A stretch of 64,000 nucleotides of DNA from Malacoraja senta (lineage: Eukaryota), in NCBI GenBank assembly GCA_038087875.1, contig JAXLNO010000462.1, positions 1 to 64,000 of the forward strand, in the 5' to 3' direction. The notes under the pieces are model-generated. The model searched no databases. It was not told the DNA's origin and was given only the letters and a program-made list of their open reading frames with translations. A program made the position numbers and the translations under genes. Shown here piece after piece: positions 1 to 9,257 of this stretch; within the stretch, counting starts at the first letter, position 1, and every line of letters begins with the position of its first letter.

Positions 1-22
1 CTCTGCCTTTCCCACCCATGCC

Positions 23-108
23 TTTAGAAAGGAGATGAGGAATTTCTTTAGCCAGAGGGTGGTGAATCTGTGGAATTCATTGCCACAGAGGGCGGTCGAA
101 GCCAAATC
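23..108 (+). mobile_element. CR1 LINE ORF2 3' fragment (outermost element; probably resumes at ~16159)
   Basis: Encodes the CR1 ORF2 C-terminal motif MRNFFSQRVVNLWNSLP. It ends in GCC-AAATC, and AAGTC-ACCGG at 16159 continues the same CR1 context (cf. GCCAAGTCACTGG at 27891). Confidence 0.7.
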
Positions 109-754
109 GGTCATCTCCCTCCTAAACAGATATACCATTTTGGATACTGTTGGGGGAGATGGCTCATCAGGGGAAGGCAGCAGCAGCCAAGTTCATGGGA
201 CCGTGGGTGGCTCTGCGGCACAGGAGGGGAGGAAAAAGAGTGGAAGGGCTATAGTTACAGGGGATTCAATTGTAAGGGGAATAGATAGGCGTTTCTGCGG
301 ACGCAAACGAGAGTCCAGGATGGTATGTTGCCTCCCTGGTGCATGGGTCAGGGATGCTTCTGACCGGCTGCAGAACATTCTGGAGGGGGAGGGTGAACAG
401 CCAGTTGTCATGGTGCATATTGGCACCAACGATATAGGTAAAAAAACGAGATGAGGTCCTACAAGGCGAATTTAGGGAGCTAGGAGATAAACTTAAAAGC
501 AGGACCTCAAAGGTAATAATCTCTGGATTACTATCAGTGCCACGTGCTAGTCAGAGTAGGAATAGGAGGATATATCAGATGAATATGTGGCTTAAAAGAT
601 GGTGCAAGGGGGAGGGATTCAAATTTCTAGGGCATTGGAACTATTCTGGGGGAGGTGGGACAAGTACAAACAGGACGGTCTGCACCTGGGCTGGAATGGA
701 ACCAATGTCCTTGGGGGAGTGTTTGCTAGTGCTGTCGGGGAGGATTTAAACTAA
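109..754 (+). pseudogene. CR1 ORF1 (SGNH/GDSL esterase domain), frameshifted
   Basis: GDSIVR, CLPGA and HIGTND motifs, with DGLH-like sequence at ~674; ends GAT TTA AAC TAA. Confidence 0.88.
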
Positions 755-2450
755 TGTGGCAGGGGGATGGGAGCATGAGCAGAGAGACAGAGGGGTGTAA
801 AATGAGGGTAGAAGCAATAGGTAGCAAGGTGAAAAGTAAAAGTGGCAGGCAGACAAATCCAGGGCAAAAATCAAAAAGAGCCACTTTTCAACATTATTGT
901 ATAAGGGGTAATAAGAGTGTAGGTAAAACAAGCGTGAAGGCTTTGTGTCTCAATGCAAGGAGCATTCGTAATAAGGGATGAGTTGAATGTGCAGACAGTT
1001 ATTAATGAATATGATATAGTTGGGATCACGGAGACATGGCTCCAGGGTCACCAAGGCTGGGAGCTGAACATCAAGGGATATTCAATATTCAGGAAGGGTA
1101 GACAGAAATGAAAATGAGGTGGGGTAGCGTTGCTGGTTAGAGAGGAGATTAATGCAATAGAAAGGAAGGACATTAGCTTGGAGGATGTGGAATCGATATG
1201 GGTAGAGCTGCGAAACACTAAGGGGCAGAAAACGCTAGTGGGAGTTGTGTGCAGGCCACCTAACAGTAGTAGTGGAGTTGGGGATGGCATCAAACAGGAA
1301 ATTAGAAATGCGTGCAACAAAGGTAAAACAGTTATAATGGGTGACTTCAATCTACATATAGATTGGGTGGGTGAGGGAGGCTGGGGTGCTGAGGAAGAGG
1401 ATTTCTTGGAATGTATGCGGGATAGTTTTCTAAACCAACATGTAGAGGAACCAACGAGAGAGCAGGCTATTCTAGACTGGGTATTGAGTAATGAGGAAGG
1501 GTTAGTTAGCAGTCTTGTTGTGCGTGGCCCCTTGGGCAAGAGTCACCATAATATGGTTGAGTTCTTCATTAGGATGGAGAGTGACCTAATTAATTCAGAA
1601 ACAAGGGTTCTGAACTTAAAGAAATGTAACTTTGAGGGTATGAGACGTGAATTGGCCAAGATAGACTGCCAATTGAATCTTAAAGGATTGACGGTGGATA
1701 TGCAATGGAAGGCATTTAAAGACCGCATGGATGAACTACAACAATTGTTCATCCCAGTTTGGCAAAAGAATAAATCAGGGAAGGTAGTGCATCCGTGGAT
1801 AACAAGGGAAATCAGGGATAGTATCAAAACAAAAGATGAAGCATACAAATTAGCCAGAAAAAGCAGCCTACCAGAGGACTGGGAGAAATTCAGAGTCCAG
1901 CAGAGGAGGACAAATGTCTTAATTAGGAAAGGGAAAATAGATTATCAAAGAAAACTGTCAGGGAACATAAAAACTGACTGCAAAAGTGTTTATAGATATG
2001 TGAAGAGAAAAAGATTAGTTAAATCAAATGTAGGTCCCTTGCAGTCAGAAACAGGTGAATTGATCATGCCGAACAAGGACATGGCAGACCAATTGAATAA
2101 CTACTTTGGTTCTAACTTTACTAAGGAAGACATAAATAATCTGCCGGAAATAGCAGGGGACCGGGTGTCAAATGAGATGGAGGAACTGAGTGAAATCCAG
2201 GTTAGTCGGGAAGTGGTGTTAGGTAAATTGAATGGATTAAAGGCCGATAAATCACCAGGGCCAGATAGGCTGCATCCCAGAGTGCTTAAGATAGTAGCCC
2301 CAGAAATAGTGGATGCATTAGTGATAATTTTTGAAAACTCTTTAGATTCTGGAGTAGTTCCTGAGGATTGGAGGATAGCTAATGTAACCCCACTTTTTAA
2401 AAAGGGAGGGAGAGAGAAAACGGGGTATTACAGACCAGTTAGTCTAACAT
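754..2450 (+). pseudogene. CR1 ORF2 N-terminal part (APE endonuclease and linker), disrupted
   Basis: ORFs 754-981 (LNARSIRNK) and 1130 onward (MGDFN, KSPGPD, WRIANVTPLFKKG), with frameshifts and stops. Confidence 0.9.
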
Positions 2451-2906
2451 TATCAGAACTGAACGAGGAGGACTCAAATGCAGGCTCAGACACAGGGCAG
2501 ATCAGTTTTCAGAGTTTAATCGGTCCAAGTCGGTACACAGGTAAGCAAAAACGGAGGCAACAGTACAATCTAGGAGCAGGCAAAAACAGTGGTCGAAAAC
2601 AGGCACTGTTCGAGAAAACAAGGTCAAAAGGTTTCTAGAGCTGGCACGAGATGATACAAAGTAACATACACAACGAACTGGCAATGAGAACTAAAACACA
2701 AAGGGCTTAAATACACAGCCTAACAGGGGATAACGAGACAGGTGAAACACATCAGGGCGGGGCCAACAATCACACGAGGGGAAACGACATGACAGGAAAT
2801 GGGACCTGAAACGAGAGGAGATGAGACACCAAAATAAAACAAGAATGCAACCAATAATAATAAAAACAATAAGAAACAGGAAATAGATCAAACGTGAGAC
2901 CTGACA
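2451..2906 (-). repeat. 3' LTR of the chromovirus
   Basis: Direct repeat of 12678-13138 (about 12 substitutions and 2 small indels by eye). The minus strand reads TGTCAG...CTGATA. Confidence 0.95.
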
Positions 2907-4209
2907 GTACCCCACCCCCCCACCATCCACGGCCGGCTCCTGATGGCCCAGGATCTTCAGGATGTTGGCGCCGATATTCCCTGATAAGTTCAGGGTCGCA
3001 TATGTTGCGAGTCGGCACCCAAGACCGCTCCTCAGGTCCATAACCCTCCCAATCCACAAGATACTGATGACCACGACCACGCCGGCGCATCCCCAGCAAC
3101 CGGCTGACTGTAAAGACTGGACCCCCATCAAGGAGCCGGGGAGGTGGAGGGGGTTTGGAGGCAGGGACCAGAGGACTCTCCTTAAATGGCTTCATTCGGG
3201 AGACATGGAAAGTAGGGTGGACCCTCATGGCACGGGGGAATTGGAGACGAACCGCCACAGGATTGATGACCTTCGATATGGGGAAAGGACCAACAAAACG
3301 AGGAGCCAGCTTCCGGGATTCCACTCTCAGAGGTAAGTCTCGAGTGGAGAGCCACACCTTTTGGCCAGGCGAGTATACTGGAGCCGGCGTTCTTCCACGG
3401 TCAGCCATCCTCTTGTAACGCGCAGAACTGCGCACCAGCATCTGACGAGCCCCATTCCAAACCTTGTGACAGCGACGGACGAGAGCCTGAGCTGAGGGCA
3501 CACTGGACTCCTTCTCCACAGCAGGGAACAATGGCGGTTGATAACCATAGGCACACTGGAATGGAGATAGACCACAGGATGAGCAAGGAAGTGTGTTGTG
3601 TGCATACTCCACCCAAATAAGGTGTTTGCTCCAAGTTGAAGGGTTCTGTGCCACCAAGCACCGCAGCCCTGTCTCCAATTTCTGGTTAAGGCGTTCAGTC
3701 TGTCCATTGGATTCCGGGTGATAACCAGATGTAAGGCTGACCATGGCGTCCAACAGAGTACAAAACTCCTTCCAAAACCTGGACACGAACTGAGGCCCCC
3801 GGTCAGACACAATGTCTCTGGGAAATCCATGAATTCGAAAAACATGAGACAACATGACCTCCGCCGTTTTCTTGGCGGAGGGAAGCTTATGCAATGGAAT
3901 GAAGTGGACCATCTTAGAAAATCTGTCCACTACAGTCATGACGGTGGTGTTACCTTCAGAAGAGGGCAGGCCCGTGACAAAGTCCATGGAGATGTCTGAC
4001 CAGGGGCGTGAGGGGACAGGCAGCGGACTCAGGAGGCCAAAGACAGGCCGACGTGAGGTCTTGTTTTGAGCACAAATACTGCAGGCGGCGACGTACTCCT
4101 TAATCCCCCTCTCCATGGAAGGCCACCAAAACCGCTGTTTGGCCACAAACAGGGTTCGGCGGACACCAGGATGACAGGAGATCCGAGACGTACTAGCCCA
4201 GTGAATCAC
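2770..4209 (-). pseudogene. Pol integrase with C-terminal chromodomain
   Basis: HHCC region (HPG..CSIC), DDE core (SMDFV, SDRG, TERLN), GPF motif and chromodomain [16 protein letters not shown]. Confidence 0.93.
2907..2922 (-). promoter_or_regulatory. Polypurine tract
   Basis: The minus strand reads GGGGGGGTGGGGTAC immediately before the 3' LTR. Confidence 0.8.
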
Positions 4210-4539
4210 CTGTGAGCGAAGAGACTCGGGAACAAACAGACGATTAGAGGGACACCCTAGCGGGGACTGACTACCAGCAGTAGCCTTGGAAACTCCCTTC
4301 TCAATCTCCCAAGTAACCGCCCCAACAACACAGGAAGCAGGCAGAATGGGAGTTGAAACCTTAGGGGCCGGGTCAGGATCAAACTGTCTGGAGAGAGCAT
4401 CAGGTTTGCCATTCTTGGCACCAGGGCGGTAAGACAGTACAAAATCAAAACCGATTAAAGAAGAGAGCCCACCTTGCTTGGCATGAGTTGAGGCGTTTGG
4501 CTGACTTGATGTATTCCAGGTTCTTGTGGTCTGTCCAAA

Positions 4540-5718
4540 CTAGAAACGGCTGCCCTCCAACCAGTGTCTCCATTCCTCCAAGGCTGTTTTAACCGCTAAC
4601 AGTTCACGGTTACCCACATCGTAATTTCTCTCAGCAGGCGAAAGTTTTTTTGAGAGGAAAGCGCAGGGATGCAGTCGACCATCTGATGGGGATTTCTGGG
4701 ATAGTACGGCCCCGATGCCCACACCCGAGGCGTCCACCTCAACCACGAACTGAAGTGCCGGGTCAGGGTGAACCAGGATGGGGGCTGAGGTGAAGCTCCG
4801 CTTGAGTCTCATAAATGCAGTTTCTGCTTGAGGGGACCAAGAGAAAGGCACGTGGGGTGAGGTGAGAGCATGAAGTGGTGCAGCAGTGACACGAAAGTTC
4901 CGGATAAACTTCCTATAAAAATTAGCAAACCCAAGGAACCCCAGAAGTCGCTTACGACTGGAGGGTGTAGGCCAGTTGGCCACAGCACTGACCTTGCTCG
5001 GGTCCATCTGTATACCAGCAGGTGATACAACATAACCAAGGAATAGAACAGTGTTAGCATGAAATTCACATTTCTCAGCTTTCACAAACAGATCATTCCG
5101 GAGCAAACGTTCCAGCACCTGGTGTACATGCTGCACATGGGAAGTTTCGTCTGGAGAAAAGATCAAAATGTCATCAAGGTACACAAACACAAATTTGTTC
5201 AGCATGTCACGTAATACATCATTAACCAGGCCTTGAAAAACTGCTGGAGCATTAGTAAGACCAAACGGCATGACCAGATATTGATAATGACCACTGGATG
5301 TGTTAAACGCAGTTTTCCATTCATCCCCCTCCCTTATCCTCACCAGATGATAAGCATTTCTAAGATCTAACTCAGTGAATACCTTAGCGTCTTTTAACAG
5401 CTCAAATGCAGAGGAGATCAGAGGAAGAGGGTACCTGTTCATATCAGTAATGTCATTGAGTCCTCTGTAGTCAATGCAGGGCCCAAGTGTTTTATCCTTT
5501 TTATCCACAAAGAAGAATCCAGCTCCTGCAGGTGAAGAGGAAGGTCTGATGATCCCAGCAGCAAGGCCGTCGCCAATGTACTTTTCCATGGCGAGCCACT
5601 CAGGTGAAGACAAGGAGTAGAGATGACCCTTAGGAGGCGCTGTACCTGGCAGGAGGTTGATGCAGCAGTCGTACGGTCTATGCGGCGGAAGAGATGTGGC
5701 CTTGGCCTTGTTGAACAC
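4540..5718 (-). pseudogene. Pol reverse transcriptase and RNase H
   Basis: [21 protein letters not shown] and [11 protein letters not shown] motifs; frameshifted relative to neighbouring pol segments. Confidence 0.95.
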
Positions 5719-5723
5719 CTCCT

Positions 5724-6299
5724 TCAGGTCCAGATAACACGAGGGACATTGGTGAGATCTGGAAAGTCCCCCTCCCTTGAACGGGGAGGCTGCCGGAGGG
5801 TGGTCCTGGAAGATCCCAACAAACTGCTCCTCGACAGATCCATCATAGGCTCAGGAGAAGAATCATGCACCAGACAGGTGAGTTTACAGTTAATCCCCCA
5901 GGAAATTACTTCCCCAGTACCCCAGTTCATGTGAGGATTATGGTCAGACAGCCAAGGGAGCCCCAAAACCAGAGGATCAAGAGAAGAGTCGAGGAGGTGA
6001 AACCTGATGGTCTCAATGTGATTACCTGCCACGATGAGTTGAACAGGTTGAGTTCGGTGAGTTACCCTGCACAGTAGGCGCCCATCCAGTGCACTAGCCT
6101 CCAGAGGATTTTGAAGCTGTTCACGTTCCAGCTTGAATTCATCAGCCAAGCGAATGTCCAAGAAGTTCTCATCTGCCCCAGAATCAACCAAAGCCTGCAG
6201 GGAGTCACGCTGGGAATGCACCAACAATTGTACAGCCGTGAGTTGACGAGAGGAAAGGCTCATTGGAGCGGTACAATTCACCAATGTCCTCTCTTTCAT
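5724..6299 (-). pseudogene. Pol aspartic protease
   Basis: ALVDSGA active site and LVLGLPWL motif. Confidence 0.92.
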
Positions 6300-7175
6300 T
6301 GGTGAGCTTTGTCTTTTACTGAACAGCTGTTCAACAAATGTCCCAGTTCACCACAGTAAAAACACCCCCCCCCCCCTTAGGCGGCGCTGCCGCTCCTCCG
6401 GGCTGAGTTTGGCTCGTCCCACCTGCACGGGCTCCTCCGAAGAGACAGGTGGAGCTGTAGGCTGACTGGACCGGTCGAGAGGGATGAAGTCCCGACCGGA
6501 AGGCGAAGGGCGGTGCTGCTGCCCCTGCTGGGAAGAGGACCGAACTGCAGCCGATCTCCTCTCTTGCTCTCTTTCTCTGAGCCTACCATCAATCTGGACA
6601 GCCAGGGAAATCATAGACTCGAAGTTGGAAGGGAGGGTTAGTGGAGCCAACTGATCTTTGATAGCTTCAGACAATCCATTGCGAAAAGCATCCAACAAAG
6701 CAGCCTCATTCCATGCACTCTTAGCAGCAACAGTTCGAAAGTCAATAGCAAAATCCATAACTGTGTGATTACCTTGTTTCATGGAGACCAGGTTCTGTGA
6801 AGCCTCTCGGCCAGGATTGGAGTGATCAAACGTGCGGGACAGAGCTTCCATGAACAGGACCGACGCCTGGCAAACAGGAGAATTCCGAGACCATTCCGCC
6901 GTGGCCCAAGCCTCCGCTCTGCCCGACATGTGCGGGATGATAAAGGCTACCCTTGAGCGTTGTGATGCTTGAAGTTCGAAATGCAGTCCACACTGAATCA
7001 AAAAAGGTCTACACTTCTCCGATTCCCCCGAGAAGTGTTCCGGTCTTGCCAGGTGGACGAATGGAGACGCTGCGGCAGCCGTGGCCATCGGAGCTCCTGG
7101 AGACACAGACAAGGAAACAGACTCGGCCGGCACGGGAGCCGCGGCAGGAAAAAAAGAATCCAGCCGAGCAACCAG
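6296..7175 (-). pseudogene. Gag, C-terminal part (capsid and CCHC knuckle)
   Basis: Sushi/PEG10-like capsid (PEHFSG, GRAEAWA, GLSEAIKD). The knuckle CFYCGELGHLLNSC follows a frameshift in a 12-G run (6365-6376). Confidence 0.88.
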
Positions 7176-8065
7176 AGGTCCAAGAGCCGTTGCAGAGAAC
7201 GCAGAGGGAGGAGCTACACACGACCGGTAGGAGTTAAAAAGGAGCGCGGGGCTTGCTTGTTCCTTACAGAGGTCCAAGAGCCGTTGCAGAGAACGCAGAG
7301 GGAGGAGCTACACACGACCGGTAGGAGTTAAAAAGGAGCGCGGGGCTTGCTTTTTCCTTACAGAGGTCCAAGAGCCGTTGCAGAGAACGCAGAGGGAGGA
7401 GCTACACACGACCGGTAGGAGTTAAAAAGGAGCGCGGGGCTTGCTTGTTCCTTACAGAGGTCCAAGAGCCGTTGCAGAGAACGCAGAGGGAGGAGCTACA
7501 CACGACCGGTAGGAGTTAAAAAGGAGCGCGGGGCTTGTTCCTTACAGAGGTCCAAGTGCCGTTGGAGAGATCGCAGAGGGAGGAGCTACACACGAGCGGT
7601 AGGAGTTAAAAAGGAGCGCGGGGCTTGTTCCTTACAGAGGTCCAAGAGCCGTTGGAGAGGTCGCAGAGGGAGGAGCTACACACGAGCGGTAGGAGTTAAA
7701 AAGGAGCGCGGGGTTTGTTCCTTACAGAGGTCCAAGAGCCGTTGGAGAGGTCGCAGAGGGAGGAGCTACACACGAGCGGTAGGAGTTAAAAAGGAGCGCG
7801 GGGTTTGTTCCTTACAGAGGTCCAAGAGCCGTTGGAGAGGTCGCAGAGGGAGGAGCTACACACGAGCGGTAGGAGTTAAAAAGGAGCGCGGGGTTTGTTC
7901 CTTACAGAGGTCCAAGAGCCGTTGGAAAGATCGCAGAGGGAGGAGCTACACACGAGCGGTAGGAGTTAAAAAGGAGCGCGGGGCTTGTTCCTTACAGAGG
8001 TCCAAGAGCCGTTGGAGAGGTCGCAGAGGGAGGAGCTACACACGACCGGTAGGAGTTAAAAAGGA
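7174..8065 (+). repeat. Tandem array of ~10 monomers (94 bp x3, 90 bp x6, one partial) at the CR1 5' end
   Basis: AGAGGTCCAAG recurs at 7174, 7268, 7362, 7456, 7546, 7636, 7726, 7816, 7906 and 7996. Confidence 0.97.
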
Positions 8066-8175
8066 ACCCAAATCTGTAACGTTCCAAGTTCCACTTCAAA
8101 AACAAGTGGGTTTGAGGAAGCCGCTGATTGGTGGACGCAGAGGGAGCAGCTGATTGGGAGTCAGATCCCTGCTGA

Positions 8176-8305
8176 TTGTACTGTATTGTAGCAGTTTGTT
8201 TTGTATTGTATCAGTTTGTTTTGTATTGTATCAGTTTGTTTTGTATTGTATCAGTTTGTTTTGTATTGTAGCAGCTTGTTTTGTATTGTAGCAGTTTGTT
8301 TTATA
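8176..8305 (+). repeat. 20-bp minisatellite (TTGTATTGTATCAGTTTGTT), ~6 copies, in the CR1 5' UTR
   Basis: Direct 20-bp periodicity; not expanded in the related 5' UTR at ~29368. Confidence 0.9.
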
Positions 8306-8327
8306 TTCTATCCAGGGTAAGGGGAGT

Positions 8328-9257
8328 ATGAGGGCCAGGGCAGTTTACTGTTCTGGATGTCAGATGTGGGAAGTCATGGAGTCTGATAGCCCTCCAGACG
8401 TCCACATCTGCGTCAGGTGTATCGAGATGGGGCTCCTAATGGACCGTATTAGGAACCTGGAGCAGCAGCTCGATGACCTCCGTCTGGTCAGGGAGAGCGA
8501 GGAAGTCATCGAGAGGATTTACAGGGATGTGGTCACTCCAACACCACAGGAGGCAGGCAAGTGGATCACGGTTGGGAGAGGCAAGGGGCACAGGCAGGGA
8601 CTAGAGAGTACCCCGGTGGCTGTACACCTTGACAATAAGTACTCCTGTTTGAGCACTGTTGGGGTGGACAGCCTACCTGGGGGTAGCGACAGCGGCCGGG
8701 CCTCCGGTATAGAGACCGGTCCTGTTGCTCAGAAGGGTAAGAAGAGGAGGGCAATATTAATAGGGGACTCTATAGTTAGGGGGTCAGACAGGCGATTCTG
8801 TGGACGCAGTCGGGAGACCCGGATGGTAGTTTGCCTCCCTGGTGCCAGGGTCTGTGATGTGTCTCAACGTGTCCAAGACATCCTGAAAGGGCAGGGAGAG
8901 GAGCCCGAAGTCGTGATACATATAGGTACCAATGACATAGGTAAAAAAAGAGAAGAGGTCCTGAAAGGAGAATTTAGCGAGTTAGGAGGGGAGTTAAAGA
9001 GAAGGACAGCGAAGGTAACAATGTCGGGATTACTGCCTGTGCCACGCGACAGTGAGAGTAGGAATGGAGCGAGGTGGAGGATAAATGCGTGGCTGAAGGA
9101 CTGGTGCAGAAGGCAGGGATTCAAATTTCTGGATCATTGGGACCTCTTTTGTGGAAGGTACGACCTGTACAAAAAGGATGGGTTGCACTTGAACCTGAGG
9201 GGGACCGATATCCTGGCGGGGAGATCTGCAAAGGCTACTGGGGAGACTTTAAACTAG
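8328..9257 (+). CDS. CR1 ORF1p: Cys zinc-finger, coiled coil, SGNH esterase (intact, 309 aa)
   Basis: CSGC...CVRC, heptad region IRNLEQQLDDL, and GDS / HIGTND / DGLH esterase motifs. Confidence 0.93.
   Translation: MRARAVYCSGCQMWEVMESDSPPDVHICVRCIEMGLLMDRIRNLEQQLDDLRLVRESEEVIERIYRDVVTPTPQEAGKWITVGRGKGHRQGLESTPVAVHLDNKYSCLSTVGVDSLPGGSDSGRASGIETGPVAQKGKKRRAILIGDSIVRGSDRRFCGRSRETRMVVCLPGARVCDVSQRVQDILKGQGEEPEVVIHIGTNDIGKKREEVLKGEFSELGGELKRRTAKVTMSGLLPVPRDSESRNGARWRINAWLKDWCRRQGFKFLDHWDLFCGRYDLYKKDGLHLNLRGTDILAGRSAKATGETLN

Larger units (their letters stand above)
109..2450 (+). mobile_element. CR1 LINE 'host' copy, 5' segment (5'-truncated), interrupted by a Gypsy element
   Basis: Esterase-type ORF1 remnant followed by an APE endonuclease ORF2. 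The sequence breaks at AGTCTAACAT (2441-2450) and resumes at 13144 CGGTAGTGGGG, as in the uninterrupted copy at ~11075. Confidence 0.93.

Noticed and set aside
35..454. 139-aa ORF as a novel gene
   Set aside because: Chance in-frame fusion of a CR1 ORF2 tail with another CR1's ORF1 at an insertion junction.
1130..2638. 502-aa ORF with a novel C-terminus
   Set aside because: CR1 ORF2 reading through into the antisense LTR after 2450.
6348..7277. Domesticated sushi gene (PEG10/RTL-like)
   Set aside because: LTRs and TSD are retained, gag is split by a CR1 and pol has frameshifts, so this is a decaying transposon.
7174..8065. CRISPR-like regular repeats (also 17070-17985 and the satellite)
   Set aside because: Contiguous tandem units without unique spacers, no cas genes, eukaryotic context.
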